Source: Thermodesulfobacteriota bacterium
GTDB taxonomy: Bacteria; Desulfobacterota_D; UBA1144; Nemesobacterales; JAJCZQ01
Reading direction: 5' to 3'
Assembly: GCA_965215275.1 (NCBI GenBank)
Contig: OZ244044.1
Coordinates: 1,376,001 to 1,440,000 of the forward strand
DNA length: 64,000 nt
Shown here: positions 1 to 10,246 of the stretch, piece after piece
Position numbering within the stretch: position 1 is the stretch's first letter
Layout of the letters: each line of letters starts with the position of its first letter
Made by a program: the position numbers and the translations under genes
Notes under the pieces: model-generated
Database searches by the model: none
What the model was told of the DNA's origin: nothing
The model's input: only the letters and a program-made list of their open reading frames with translations

Positions 1-162
1 GAAAAAATGCATGCAAAAGCAGCCCAAGACGCGAATACTTTTAATATCCGCACTTGGAATAATTTACTAACCTCAGCAGAAACGTTACATAAAGAGTTTC
101 TCAAGGTTATTAAAAAACGGGCCCCTGTTGATGATCCTAGAATTGTCCATCTAGAAGAGTGA
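1..162 (+). CDS. 3' end of a gene entering from the left edge (possible nuclease/ATPase partner of the methyltransferase)
   Basis: Frame 1 is open from base 1 to TGA at 160-162 (EKMHAKAAQDANTFNIRTWNNLLTSAETLHKEFL...), just upstream of the MTase; function inferred from context only. Confidence 0.6.
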   Translation, partial: EKMHAKAAQDANTFNIRTWNNLLTSAETLHKEFLKVIKKRAPVDDPRIVHLEE

Positions 163-183
163 CCTTCAAGGAGGTGATTTAAG

Positions 184-1314
184 TTGCAGCATTCGCGGAT
201 TAAGTCCACGGACGTAAAAAAACCAATTGCTATAGATCTTTTTGCTGGATGTGGTGGATTGACCCAAGGTATGAGGGATGCTGGTTTCAACGTTGAAGCA
301 GCAGTGGAAATAGACGCCGAGTCCGCATGTACGTATAGACGTAATCACCGCGAAACTCATTTGATAGAAAAGGACATTAGGGACGTATCGGTTAGGGAAT
401 TAAACGGTTTGGTGGACAGCCGGCAAATTTCTCTCTTGGCAGGTTGTGCCCCTTGTCAAGGTTTTTCCTCTTTGACAAACAAGTATAATAAAACGGACCC
501 TCGCAACGGTCTTCTTCTTGTAATGGCTGCACTCATTAAAGATATTCGTCCCCTCTCCGTGATTATGGAAAACGTTCCAGGCATGGACAGGAAAGGTGAG
601 AAGATTTTAGATCAATTCATTCATTTTATATCAAATCTTGGATATAAATGTTTATGGGACATTGTGCAGATGGCTGATTTTGGAGTTCCGCAGTCTCGTC
701 GCAGGTTGGTATTGCTTGCCGGTCTTGGATTTGAGATTGCCTTGCCTAAACCAACTCATGCAAAGCGTCCGAAATGTGGGACGAGTCTGCGTCCCTGGGT
801 TACGGTCAGGAAAGCTATTGGAGGTATGAAAACGCCAATTACGTTAAGGGAAGCTCTGACCAATGGTGATCCACAAGAGTATAATTGGCACGTCGTCCGA
901 AACGTTCAGCCTCAAGTAAAAAAACGTTTGGATGCTGCTGAACCGGGACAAACATGGCGAGCCATTGACGAGGTGATCCGTCCTAAGTGTCATCAAAATA
1001 ACTACAACGGATTTACGAACACGTACGGAAGAATGTCATGGGATCAGGTTTCTCCGACCATCACCAGTGGATGCACCACGGCGTCCATGGGGAGATTCGG
1101 GCATCCCGATAAATCTAGATACACGATTTCGGTCCGTGAAGCAGCACTGCTTCAAACTTTTCCAGACAACTATAAATTCGCAACTCAAAAAATAGGAACC
1201 GTTTGTAAACTTATTGGCAACGCGGTTCCGCCTCTCTATGCAAAGATAATTGCCGAAAGAGTCTTGGCTACACTTAAAGATGCTTCTTGTCAAAAAGTAA
1301 AAGTGGAGCAATGA
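184..1314 (+). CDS. dcm: DNA (cytosine-5)-methyltransferase
   Basis: Motif I DLFAGCGG, catalytic PCQGFS, ENV, QSRRR, C-terminal GNAVPP; GGAGG RBS before the TTG start. Confidence 0.95.
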   Translation: MQHSRIKSTDVKKPIAIDLFAGCGGLTQGMRDAGFNVEAAVEIDAESACTYRRNHRETHLIEKDIRDVSVRELNGLVDSRQISLLAGCAPCQGFSSLTNKYNKTDPRNGLLLVMAALIKDIRPLSVIMENVPGMDRKGEKILDQFIHFISNLGYKCLWDIVQMADFGVPQSRRRLVLLAGLGFEIALPKPTHAKRPKCGTSLRPWVTVRKAIGGMKTPITLREALTNGDPQEYNWHVVRNVQPQVKKRLDAAEPGQTWRAIDEVIRPKCHQNNYNGFTNTYGRMSWDQVSPTITSGCTTASMGRFGHPDKSRYTISVREAALLQTFPDNYKFATQKIGTVCKLIGNAVPPLYAKIIAERVLATLKDASCQKVKVEQ

Positions 1315-1763
1315 GTCGGTGGCCTGGGGACGCCCAGCAGGAACGCACGTCTTTTGGAAATTTGACTCGAGGTGAACTCATGTCCCGGGTGCGTAGCACG
1401 GGCAACCAAACTACGGAAAAGAAACTTGCCCGGTTGCTACGCGAGGCGAGATTGAAAGGGTGGCGTCGGCATCAACCACTTCTTGGGCGACCCGATTTTG
1501 TTTGGCGAGACAGGAAAGTTGCCGTTTTTGTTGATGGATGTTTTTGGCACGGTCACACTTGTAGGAACCTCACTCCAAAAAAGAATACGAGAGCGTGGCA
1601 AGATAAGATTTTAAGAAACAAGACTAGGGATAGGCACAATAACCGTGTTCTTCGTCAACAGGGATGGAAAGTGATACGTATTTGGGAATGTCAATTAACT
1701 AAGGTTCCTGATCAATGTCTGAAGCGGATACGGCGCAAACTTGAGGAAACTCAAAAATTTTAA
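1287..1763 (+). CDS. vsr: Very-short-patch repair endonuclease (start may be ATG 1311)
   Basis: MSRVRSTGN...[27 protein letters not shown]; overlaps the dcm 3' end. Confidence 0.93.
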   Translation: MSKSKSGAMSRWPGDAQQERTSFGNLTRGELMSRVRSTGNQTTEKKLARLLREARLKGWRRHQPLLGRPDFVWRDRKVAVFVDGCFWHGHTCRNLTPKKNTRAWQDKILRNKTRDRHNNRVLRQQGWKVIRIWECQLTKVPDQCLKRIRRKLEETQKF

Positions 1764-1806
1764 CGGTCAAAATAGATTTCTGTTTCTGGTAAAATATAAA
1801 AGTTAA

Positions 1807-2892
1807 ATGTATAAAACCTTAATTCGCCCTATCCTGGACAAGCTTGATTCCGAACTGTGGCACGGAATTGTTCGGGAACTTTGCCATATTGCAGAGGGAA
1901 CTGATTTTACACTGAAACTGCTTGAACTTGCCTCCTGCAGTGGAGGCAGGTTTACCGACGAGAGGCTTAACGTCAATTTTGCCGGGATAGAGCTTGAGAA
2001 CCCTCTTCTTGTAGGAGCTGGTTGGGACAAGTCAGCCAGAGCAGTAAAGGCACTTAATACGATTGGTTTTGCAGGTGTGGAGATCGGTTCTGTTGTTGAG
2101 CACCGACAGCCGGGAAATCCCAAGCCGAGACAGTTCATGCTCAGCTCAGGGGTCTGTCTTAACTGGCTTGGATTTAACAGCCCGGGCATGAAAAAGGTGG
2201 GATATAACCTGAAAAAGTACAGAGGTTCCAGGATCCCGATCGGTGTCAGTCTCGGTATTAATAAGTTCACTGGGCCAGAAGATGCTCCTAGGGCAAATGC
2301 CGCAGTGGCTGATTACCTGAACGACGATGCATACTATTTTGCAATAAACGTCAGTTCTCCTAATACTCCGGGGCTCAGAAAACTGCAGAACAAGACGCAG
2401 CTGACCGATATAATCCAGGCGGTCAGGGAAGTTACCGATAAACCCATTTTTGTTAAGATCTCACCGGACCTTACAAATCATGCCATAGATGACGTTATAG
2501 ACGTTGTTCTTGACCAAGACATCGCAGGGATCATTGCCACAAATACTACTTCCAATCCCAAGATCAAATCCAAATATGGGAGCAGATGGAAAGACAGTGA
2601 AGGAGGGATAAGCGGAGACGATAGCGATTACAGGATGATCTCAACTATCAAGATCGAGCATATATACGGTCAGGTGGGCAGCAGGTTTGAGATCATTGGC
2701 GTTGGAGGGATAAATGACACACGGTCGGCAATTGAAAAGATAAGTGCGGGAGCGAAGGTCCTGCAGATCGTAACCGGGCTCAGGGGCGAGGGACCCTCAA
2801 TTGCAAATAATATTAACTCTGGTCTCGTGAGATATATGGAAAAGGAAGGTATAAGGAATATATCAGAACTTGTAGGTGCACGTTTTACATAA
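1807..2892 (+). CDS. pyrD: Quinone-dependent dihydroorotate dehydrogenase (class 2)
   Basis: GAGWDK, QPGNPKPR, NVSSPNTPGLR, KISPD, ATNTT, GGISG, IIGVGGI. Confidence 0.93.
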   Translation: MYKTLIRPILDKLDSELWHGIVRELCHIAEGTDFTLKLLELASCSGGRFTDERLNVNFAGIELENPLLVGAGWDKSARAVKALNTIGFAGVEIGSVVEHRQPGNPKPRQFMLSSGVCLNWLGFNSPGMKKVGYNLKKYRGSRIPIGVSLGINKFTGPEDAPRANAAVADYLNDDAYYFAINVSSPNTPGLRKLQNKTQLTDIIQAVREVTDKPIFVKISPDLTNHAIDDVIDVVLDQDIAGIIATNTTSNPKIKSKYGSRWKDSEGGISGDDSDYRMISTIKIEHIYGQVGSRFEIIGVGGINDTRSAIEKISAGAKVLQIVTGLRGEGPSIANNINSGLVRYMEKEGIRNISELVGARFT

Positions 2893-2962
2893 ATGTAATT
2901 TTCGTGATAGTATTATTACAAGAGGTTTAAGAGTTAAAAATTTTGGAGTTTGAGGTGAGAAA

Positions 2963-3463
2963 ATGATCTCTGATGATCTTCAATCAGCTATTAATACGCA
3001 AATAAGGAACGAGTATTACTCTTCCTACCTTTATCTTTCCATGTCGGCTTACTGCGAATCGATGAACTTCTCGGGTTTTGCAGGCTGGTTAAGGAAGCAA
3101 AGCGAGGAAGAACTTACACATGCGATGCGCCTGTTTGATTTTTTAACAGACAGGGACGGCAGGGTTGTTTTGGAAGCAATTGACCAGCCTCCTTCCGAAT
3201 TCGGATCATTGCAGGAAATATTCCAGGAAGTTCTTGATCATGAGAAAGAGGTTACTACCATGATCAACAGACTGTATGAACTTGCTTTGTCCGAGAACGA
3301 CCATGCAGCATCGGTGGAGCTTCACTGGTTTATACAGGAACAGGTTGAAGAGGAAAAAAGTGCAAGCGATATCGTTGAGAAGTTAAAACTGGCAGGTAAC
3401 AACAGTGCTGCTCTCCTTATTCTTGATCAGAGTATAAGCGGTGGAGCAGAAGATAGCGCGTAA
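2963..3463 (+). CDS. ftnA: Non-heme ferritin
   Basis: EYYSSYLYLSMS, EELTHA, HEKEVT, WFIQEQVEEE ferroxidase residues. Confidence 0.93.
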   Translation: MISDDLQSAINTQIRNEYYSSYLYLSMSAYCESMNFSGFAGWLRKQSEEELTHAMRLFDFLTDRDGRVVLEAIDQPPSEFGSLQEIFQEVLDHEKEVTTMINRLYELALSENDHAASVELHWFIQEQVEEEKSASDIVEKLKLAGNNSAALLILDQSISGGAEDSA

Positions 3464-3562
3464 CGAACTCGTTCGCTTAAATTGGTATTGTTTTTTATAA
3501 CTGCCTATAATAGTAGCTGTTCAGTATAGTTATAAAGTTAATTATTACGTCAGGAGGCATAA

Positions 3563-3886
3563 ATGTTTTCCGTTACTGAAAAAGCCGTAGGTGAGATAAA
3601 AAAGCTTTTGAGAGAAGACGATATTAAAAATGCTTTTCTCAGGGTAAGGATAGTGCCTGGAGGTTGTTCCGGGTTTTCCTATGAAATGGGATTTGACGAC
3701 CAGACGAATGATCGGGACAGGATCATTGAGGAAGATGGAGTAAAGGTCGCCATTGATGAATTAAGTTACCCTTATTTGGATGGTTCCACTCTGGATTTCA
3801 AAGATGGACTGCAGGGGAAGGGTTTTTCAATAGAGAATCCTAATGCGACCGGTTCATGCGGCTGTGGGGAGTCTTTTACAGTTTGA
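3563..3886 (+). CDS. A-type Fe-S cluster carrier (IscA/ErpA/HesB family)
   Basis: GGCSGFSY and NPNATGSCGCGESF motifs. Confidence 0.93.
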   Translation: MFSVTEKAVGEIKKLLREDDIKNAFLRVRIVPGGCSGFSYEMGFDDQTNDRDRIIEEDGVKVAIDELSYPYLDGSTLDFKDGLQGKGFSIENPNATGSCGCGESFTV

Positions 3887-4133
3887 CATATTATATCTTT
3901 GGTTGTTGTACGGTCCCTTCAGTTTTATGAGATCAGAAATTCGTTCCGTTATGGAGTTATCCTGTTCTGTGGTCTGTTTTTAGTTTCTGTTCTTGGATGA
4001 CCATTTAAGTTTATTATACAAGTTCCGCTATTTATTATCCCCTTGTTTACTGCTTGCGATTTCGGTAATTACATCTCAAATAGTGTAGTATTTATATCTG
4101 TGGCAGTTTTCAAAATGATTAATGGAGTAATTA

Positions 4134-5966
4134 ATGCCGAAGAAAAACCATAAAGCCCTTATTGCTCATGAAGAGGCTAAGTCTTACAAAAGGATAAAGT
4201 CAAAACACGTAATCGAAGACCTGTTTACCGACTTTGTACCATGGAACAAACTGCCTTATTTTAAACGCAGCGTCACTGCTCCGAACGGGTCTAAAATAAA
4301 TCTGCAGGACGACCCTGCCGTTATCGTTGGTGTTGGAACGTTAAAAAGCACAGATAAGCAATTTGCGATTATCGCCCAGCAAACGCCTTCGAACGAGGAA
4401 GAAAGGGCAAAATTTAACTATGGCCTTGTAAAGTCCGACGGTTACGGACTTTCGTATAATATGATGGCGTATGCAGAGGAAAACGATATTATGCTTTGCA
4501 CGTTCGTTGATACGGTTGGAGGAGACCCTTATGAATATTCAGCTCAGAACCTTCAGTCATGGCTGATCTCTTACTGCCAGTCAAAGATGATATCACTTAA
4601 GGTCAGGTCCATCTCCGTTGTTCTAGGTCTTGGCGGAAGCGGGGGAGCAATTGCGATACAGCTTGCTCATAAGAGACTGATGATGTCAAGAGCTGAATAT
4701 TCGGTAATTACTGCTGAAGGTTGCTCTGCGATCCTCTTCAGAAGTGCCGACAAGGTGCTTGATGCCCTGCAGGTACTTCAGCCGACGGCAACCCATATGA
4801 AAAAATACGGGATCGTTGATGACATTATCAATGAACCGTCCCTGGACAGGCTTAATTATTTTGAAGTTACTCTGGAAAGGCTCAAAAAATCCTTAATAGA
4901 TTCATATCAGGAACTTGAACACTTTGATTTGAACTATCTGAAGAAGAACTTGCAGGATAAGATAGATTACGTTGGGAGTCTGGAAAAAAACCCCAGAAGT
5001 TACCGGGGTATAGCTAAGCAAATTAAAGCCTCGATACAATCTTATTTTTCCAGAACGACAATCCCTGACATCTCGGAAATGCAAATAGCCCTTTACGGTG
5101 CCGAGCCTTACTTTTGCAACGATGAAAAAGATGGTGAGGGAAAAATAATACGGTACGGGTGCAGAAAACAGTTCAAGCGAGAGGAACTTCAGAATAACTT
5201 CTCGGCATGTCCCGAATGCTATAAACCCGAAACCCTGAATTCCGACGATTATCTCAACTTACTGGTAGACGACGGTACTTTCAAGGAGATAAGAGGAGAT
5301 CTGAAGACCGATGATATTTCCACGAAGTTCAGTTTTTATGACTATTCTTCCTCCAGGGAAAAAGCCTCAAAAAGAACCGATTCCAAGGACTCACTTGTTA
5401 TAGGTTACGGACTCGTTAATAACTATAAAGTGGCAGTGGCGGTCTGTGATTTCAGATTTATGGGTGGATCGATGAGTGCGGTGTTCGGGGAAAAGATGAA
5501 ATTGATCGTTGACCATGCGATACGAACGGGACTTCCTTTAATAACCGTTACTGCAAGTGGTGGAGCGAGGATGCAGGAAGGGACCGTTGCACTTTACCAG
5601 ATGGCAAAAACCATATCAGCTATACTGAAATTAAAGGAAGCCAGCCTTCCCCATATTTCAATACTTGGACATCCCACGACCGGAGGGGCACTTGCCAGCT
5701 ACGCTGTACAGGGTGACTTCATATTGTCTGAGCGAAAAGCCACGATAGCGTTCGCGGGTGACAGGGTTGTCAAGCTCACCAGCGGAGGTAGAGGCGTTGA
5801 TCCGGAGATAATGACCTCGGAGTTTTATACGAAGCACGGTGGAATACACCTTACAACTGAGAGGAACCAGCTTAAGTCCGTAATTGCGGGGATTTTACAG
5901 GTGAAAGGTTTTCAGACCGTTAAAGTGCAGAGTCCGGAAAGAGAGTTTAAAGAAGATTGGTATTGA
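4134..5966 (+). CDS. Fused acetyl-CoA carboxylase carboxyltransferase, alpha then beta (AccA-AccD)
   Basis: N-half FVDTVG, GGSGGAIA, YSVITAEGCSAIL (AccA); C-half Zn ribbon CPEC, DFRFMGGSM, SGGARMQEG, PTTGG (AccD). Confidence 0.85.
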   Translation: MPKKNHKALIAHEEAKSYKRIKSKHVIEDLFTDFVPWNKLPYFKRSVTAPNGSKINLQDDPAVIVGVGTLKSTDKQFAIIAQQTPSNEEERAKFNYGLVKSDGYGLSYNMMAYAEENDIMLCTFVDTVGGDPYEYSAQNLQSWLISYCQSKMISLKVRSISVVLGLGGSGGAIAIQLAHKRLMMSRAEYSVITAEGCSAILFRSADKVLDALQVLQPTATHMKKYGIVDDIINEPSLDRLNYFEVTLERLKKSLIDSYQELEHFDLNYLKKNLQDKIDYVGSLEKNPRSYRGIAKQIKASIQSYFSRTTIPDISEMQIALYGAEPYFCNDEKDGEGKIIRYGCRKQFKREELQNNFSACPECYKPETLNSDDYLNLLVDDGTFKEIRGDLKTDDISTKFSFYDYSSSREKASKRTDSKDSLVIGYGLVNNYKVAVAVCDFRFMGGSMSAVFGEKMKLIVDHAIRTGLPLITVTASGGARMQEGTVALYQMAKTISAILKLKEASLPHISILGHPTTGGALASYAVQGDFILSERKATIAFAGDRVVKLTSGGRGVDPEIMTSEFYTKHGGIHLTTERNQLKSVIAGILQVKGFQTVKVQSPEREFKEDWY

Positions 5967-6040
5967 TGTTTAATTGATTTTCTGTGGGTGAACGTAACCT
6001 TTGGTAATACAGTTAAAGTCGTTGTTCCTGTCAACAAATT

Positions 6041-6439
6041 TTACTTCTCATGCAGATCTTCAATTTTTTTGATGGCTTTATTAATAACTTCTTCGTGCCT
6101 CCGTATAGTTTCCTCATGTCTCCGTATGGTTTCTTCATGTCTCCGTTGCATAACCTCTTCATTCCTTCGTATAGCTTCTTCCGTTTGTTTCTGATACCGT
6201 TGAAAATTTGCGTCTGACTTGTCTGAAATTTTTTGAATAAGATCAGCAAAATATCTGCTCATATTTGTCTCCGTAATATTTATTTCACTCTTGATATAAG
6301 TTCTTATAATGAAGAAACTCCCAGCAACAATGGAAGTAGATACAATGATGAACTGCAACGAATGCTCCTTAACAAATTTAATACCACCATCGCTTATTAA
6401 TACCTCCAGAAAAACGATAATTCCTACTATTAAAAACAA
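6041..6439 (-). CDS. Hypothetical membrane protein with heptad-repeat coiled-coil tail
   Basis: Two hydrophobic segments, then EEAIRRN/EEVMQRRH/EETIRRH/EETIRRH/EEVI; AT-rich; start uncertain. Confidence 0.55.
   Translation of the reverse strand: MFLIVGIIVFLEVLISDGGIKFVKEHSLQFIIVSTSIVAGSFFIIRTYIKSEINITETNMSRYFADLIQKISDKSDANFQRYQKQTEEAIRRNEEVMQRRHEETIRRHEETIRRHEEVINKAIKKIEDLHEK
6085..6182. repeat. Imperfect 21-bp tandem repeat encoding the EETIRRH heptads
   Basis: Recurring ctccgtatagtttcctcatgt / ctccgtatggtttcttcatgt units. Confidence 0.75.
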
Positions 6440-6680
6440 CGCGAACAGTATATCTACTGCCTTCTCTGGTAAGTTTTGATCATTATTAGAACGTTCGCTG
6501 ATAATTCGTACCTCTCCTCTTTTATGATATCACTTCAATAATTAAGATGTCAAATGTAATAAACAGCGTGTTTTTAACCTTCTCCAGCTGAATCATAGCA
6601 GATAATAGGCATATTTATTATAACCTCTCCTTAATGTATTACCAGTATGTCAGGTTACCCGTGCAAGTCCCTTGCTTTTT

Positions 6681-9428
6681 TCAGTTCAGGTATTTATCCA
6701 GATACTTTGCGGTGTGGGACCTTTTAGATCTGGCTACTTCTTCAGGGGTTCCTTCAGCAACTATATAACCTCCATCTTTTCCCCCGCCGGGACCGAGGTC
6801 GATTATGTGGTCAGCTGAGATTATCACGTCCATGTTGTGCTCAATTACGAGCACGGTGTTGCCGTTGTCTACCAGTTTATTCAATACTTTGAGAAGTTTT
6901 GATACATCCTCGCTGTGGAGACCAACTGTTGGTTCATCAAGTATATACAGGATGTCCCTGCCTGATTTTTGCACGAGTTCTTTTGCAATCTTGATCCTCT
7001 GTGCCTCTCCTCCGGACAGGGTGGATGCAGGTTGTCCAAGCCTCAGGTAGCCTAGTCCCACCTGCCGAAGAACGTTCAGCATGTAGGTTATTTTAGAGAA
7101 CTCGGCAAATAACATTATTGATCCGTCGACGGTCAGATCTAATATCTCATCAATGCTTTTACCTTTGTATTTATATTCCAGTACGCTCTTCTCAAATCTT
7201 TTTCCGCTGCATTCCTCACATGTTACGACAACGTCGGCAAGAAATAACATATCTATTCTCTGAGTTCCCTCTCCCGAGCACTTTTTACATCTTCCGCTTT
7301 CGGAATTAAAGGAGAAGTGCGAGGCGGTAAAGTTTTTGACTTTTGCAAGTGGAGTGTTCGCAAGCACTTTCCTTATTTCGTCATAGACTTTGATATAGGT
7401 CACGGGAGTTGATCTTGCAGACCTGCCTATGGGGGATTGATCGATCATTATTATGTCGGAGATACCGTCTGTACCCAGTATTCTGTTGACCTTGCCAGCG
7501 GTCTCCTTTTTATTTTTAAATTCTCTTGCCAGGTTTGAATATATAATGTTGTTAACAAGAGAGCTTTTTCCAGACCCGGATACACCCGTTACGCAGGTAA
7601 ACGTCCGAAGCGGGATCTTCACGTCAAAGTTCTTTAAATTGTTTTCCTGCGCACCGATGACGCTTAAATGAGCGTTGTTACGACCTCTTCTTTCAGATGG
7701 TGGTTTGATAAGGCACTTACCAAGAAGATATTTCCTTGTGTGAGACCTCACGTCGGACCTCAGGAATTTTTTAACTGTACCTTGATAAACTACCCGTCCT
7801 CCGTGCTCGCCGGATTCAGGACCCAGTTCGATAATACTGTCTGCCGCCTTTATCATTGAATGGTCATGTTCAATAACTATTATAGTGTTATTCCTGCTTT
7901 TTAACTCTTCTATGATGTTTATAAGCCGTCCAATATCTTTCGAATGAAGACCGATGGACGGTTCGTCCATAACGTAAAGCGTTTCGGTGAGCTTTGACCC
8001 AAGCTGACAGGCTAAACTTACCCTTTGTGCTTCTCCTCCAGACAGGGACCTGGTGATCCTTGAGAGCGTAAGGTACTGCAGCCCCACTTTAAGCAGGAAA
8101 TCCGACCTGCTCGTTATCTCTTTTAAAAGATCATCAGATATATTCCGTTCCTCTTTGCTGAACCTGGTCTTTTTAAAGAATTTGTGAAATTCATCGATCG
8201 TCATTAACGTCAGGTCGTGGATGCTTTTACCGTTGATCTTTATCCAGAGGGCGTTTTCCTTTAACCTGCTGCCCCCACAGGTGCCACACTTAAACGCCGT
8301 CCTGTACTTGCTTATAAATACCCTTACGTGCATTTTATAGTTTTTCTCCTCAAGTTTTTTAAAAAAACCCAAAACTCCGGAGAAGTTTCCTTTTCCACTG
8401 AAGATCAGCTGCTTCTGCTCCCCGCTGAGCCGTGAGTAAGGCACGTTAACGTTTATATCGTTATTTTTTGCAAATTCGCACAGCTGTCTTTGCTTGAACC
8501 TGTATGCAGGTTTTGTAAAAGGTTCTATGGCTCCTTGCAAGATGCTGATCTCCTGGTTAGGAATTACCAGTTCAGGAGAAATATCCAGCTTGTTCCCAAA
8601 TCCGTTACATTCCGTACAGGCTCCGTAAGGGCTGTTGAACGAGAACAGCGCAGGGGCTGGTTCCTGAAAGTCTGTACCGCATCTGCCACATTTAAGTTCC
8701 TGCGTGTACATCAGTGGGTCCGACCCGTCTATCTTGATAAATATCCTGTCAGATTCCTTAAAAGCCGCTTCAAGGGATTCTGTGAGACGGGACAGCGATC
8801 TTTTTTCGATCTTCAGTTTATCTATAACGATCTTGCAGTCTTCGGGGAACTGCGTTATTTCCTCAATGTAACGAATTTCATTTTGTGAATAAAACCTTGT
8901 AAAACCTCTGGTCAGGTACGCGTCAGGCGCAGAGGAGGACCCGCTTATGGGTACCGTGACGATACAGGTTGAACCATGATGAGATCTTGCGACCTCGTTC
9001 TTTATGGACTCCGGGGACCTGACCGTGACTTCATCACCGCATGACGGGCAGTATATCCTTCCGATCTTTGCATACAGCAGTCTCAGAAAATCATATATTT
9101 CCGTCGTGGTGCCAACCGTGGACCTTGAGTTCCTTATACTGTTCCTGCTCTCAATAGCAATTGCGGTCGGGAGCATGGAAATATCCTCAACGTCCGGTTT
9201 TTCTATCCTTTCCAGGAACTGTCTTGCATAGGTGGAAAGACATTCGATGTATCTTCTGATCCCTTCCGAGTAGATCGTATTGATCGCAAGGGATGATTTT
9301 CCCGACCCGCTTAGGCCGGTTATTACCGTGTAGCTGCCCTTTGGTATTTTTACGTCGATGTTCTTAAGGTTGTTCTCCCTTGCACCGAGAACGGTGATAA
9401 ATTCATTTTTGTTCGGTCTGGATGGCAT
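6681..9428 (-). CDS. uvrA: Excinuclease ABC subunit A
   Basis: Two ABC modules (GLSGSGKSS, GVSGSGKSS, LSGGEAQR twice), Zn fingers, RSTVGTTTEIYD. Confidence 0.96.
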   Translation of the reverse strand: MPSRPNKNEFITVLGARENNLKNIDVKIPKGSYTVITGLSGSGKSSLAINTIYSEGIRRYIECLSTYARQFLERIEKPDVEDISMLPTAIAIESRNSIRNSRSTVGTTTEIYDFLRLLYAKIGRIYCPSCGDEVTVRSPESIKNEVARSHHGSTCIVTVPISGSSSAPDAYLTRGFTRFYSQNEIRYIEEITQFPEDCKIVIDKLKIEKRSLSRLTESLEAAFKESDRIFIKIDGSDPLMYTQELKCGRCGTDFQEPAPALFSFNSPYGACTECNGFGNKLDISPELVIPNQEISILQGAIEPFTKPAYRFKQRQLCEFAKNNDINVNVPYSRLSGEQKQLIFSGKGNFSGVLGFFKKLEEKNYKMHVRVFISKYRTAFKCGTCGGSRLKENALWIKINGKSIHDLTLMTIDEFHKFFKKTRFSKEERNISDDLLKEITSRSDFLLKVGLQYLTLSRITRSLSGGEAQRVSLACQLGSKLTETLYVMDEPSIGLHSKDIGRLINIIEELKSRNNTIIVIEHDHSMIKAADSIIELGPESGEHGGRVVYQGTVKKFLRSDVRSHTRKYLLGKCLIKPPSERRGRNNAHLSVIGAQENNLKNFDVKIPLRTFTCVTGVSGSGKSSLVNNIIYSNLAREFKNKKETAGKVNRILGTDGISDIIMIDQSPIGRSARSTPVTYIKVYDEIRKVLANTPLAKVKNFTASHFSFNSESGRCKKCSGEGTQRIDMLFLADVVVTCEECSGKRFEKSVLEYKYKGKSIDEILDLTVDGSIMLFAEFSKITYMLNVLRQVGLGYLRLGQPASTLSGGEAQRIKIAKELVQKSGRDILYILDEPTVGLHSEDVSKLLKVLNKLVDNGNTVLVIEHNMDVIISADHIIDLGPGGGKDGGYIVAEGTPEEVARSKRSHTAKYLDKYLN

Positions 9429-9450
9429 AATGGACGGTCCGCTTCTTCGG

Positions 9451-10152
9451 TTAAAGTTCTTCCAGGACCTCTTTAAATCCGGAGAACTCCCTTACGTTAG
9501 TTCCTTCATAGTTCTTGCATTTTCTGCGATTGATCCATATAACGTCCAGACCGGAACTGATCCCTCCAAGTATATCAGCACCGTACAGGTCTCCGATATG
9601 GACCGATCTGTCCGTTCCCACGTTTAATTTGCGCAGAGTATGCATGTAAATATTTCTGTCGGGTTTTACCATTCCGACGTTGGTTGAATCAACGATGGTT
9701 TCAAAGTAGCCGTTAATTCCCAGCTCGCAACATTTTTCAAAAGTGTATCCATCGTTATTAGATATTATTGCCAGTGCAAATCCCTTTGACTTCAGCACAT
9801 CAAGAAGGTCCCCTGCAAATTCGGTCAGTTCCCTTCTGTACCCTATTTTATCCATCTGCTCCCAAGTCGATCTTTTCAGGTGACCTGGGGATACTTCGAT
9901 CTTTAATCTGTCCCTCAGGACCTCGAACAGAAGGTCCCGACTTTCCGCGGCATTAATGCTTCCTGCCGATATGTAACGCCTGTATATCTGATAATCTGCA
10001 AAGTGGTACGCGTCGATGAATTCTTTATCTGTAAATTCAAAACCCAGGTCTGTCATCGCCATTCTCATTCTGTCCGGGTACGTGGGGACAGTTGAAGCCA
10101 GCGTGTCGCCAAAGTCAAAGGTTATGGTTTTTTTCCTGCCTATATCTAACAT
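9451..10152 (-). CDS. HAD-superfamily hydrolase (start likely ATG 10152)
   Basis: FDFGDTL motif I, ISNND, KPD, HIGDLYGADI; the longer ORF would overlap glyA. Confidence 0.85.
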   Translation of the reverse strand: MLDIGRKKTITFDFGDTLASTVPTYPDRMRMAMTDLGFEFTDKEFIDAYHFADYQIYRRYISAGSINAAESRDLLFEVLRDRLKIEVSPGHLKRSTWEQMDKIGYRRELTEFAGDLLDVLKSKGFALAIISNNDGYTFEKCCELGINGYFETIVDSTNVGMVKPDRNIYMHTLRKLNVGTDRSVHIGDLYGADILGGISSGLDVIWINRRKCKNYEGTNVREFSGFKEVLEEL

Positions 10153-10246
10153 CCTGATAACAATACCTGTCATTGACCAACAATTGTAAGTAAGGTGCTT
10201 TCTTGCTAACTGGTATAAATTAGGGATACTTTTAGAGTTTGGAGGT

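Noticed and set aside
2900..2925. Fur-box-like sequence upstream of ferritin (and a similar one near 36281 upstream of the TonB receptor)
   Set aside because: Only partial similarity to the consensus in AT-rich DNA; cannot be supported without a matrix scan
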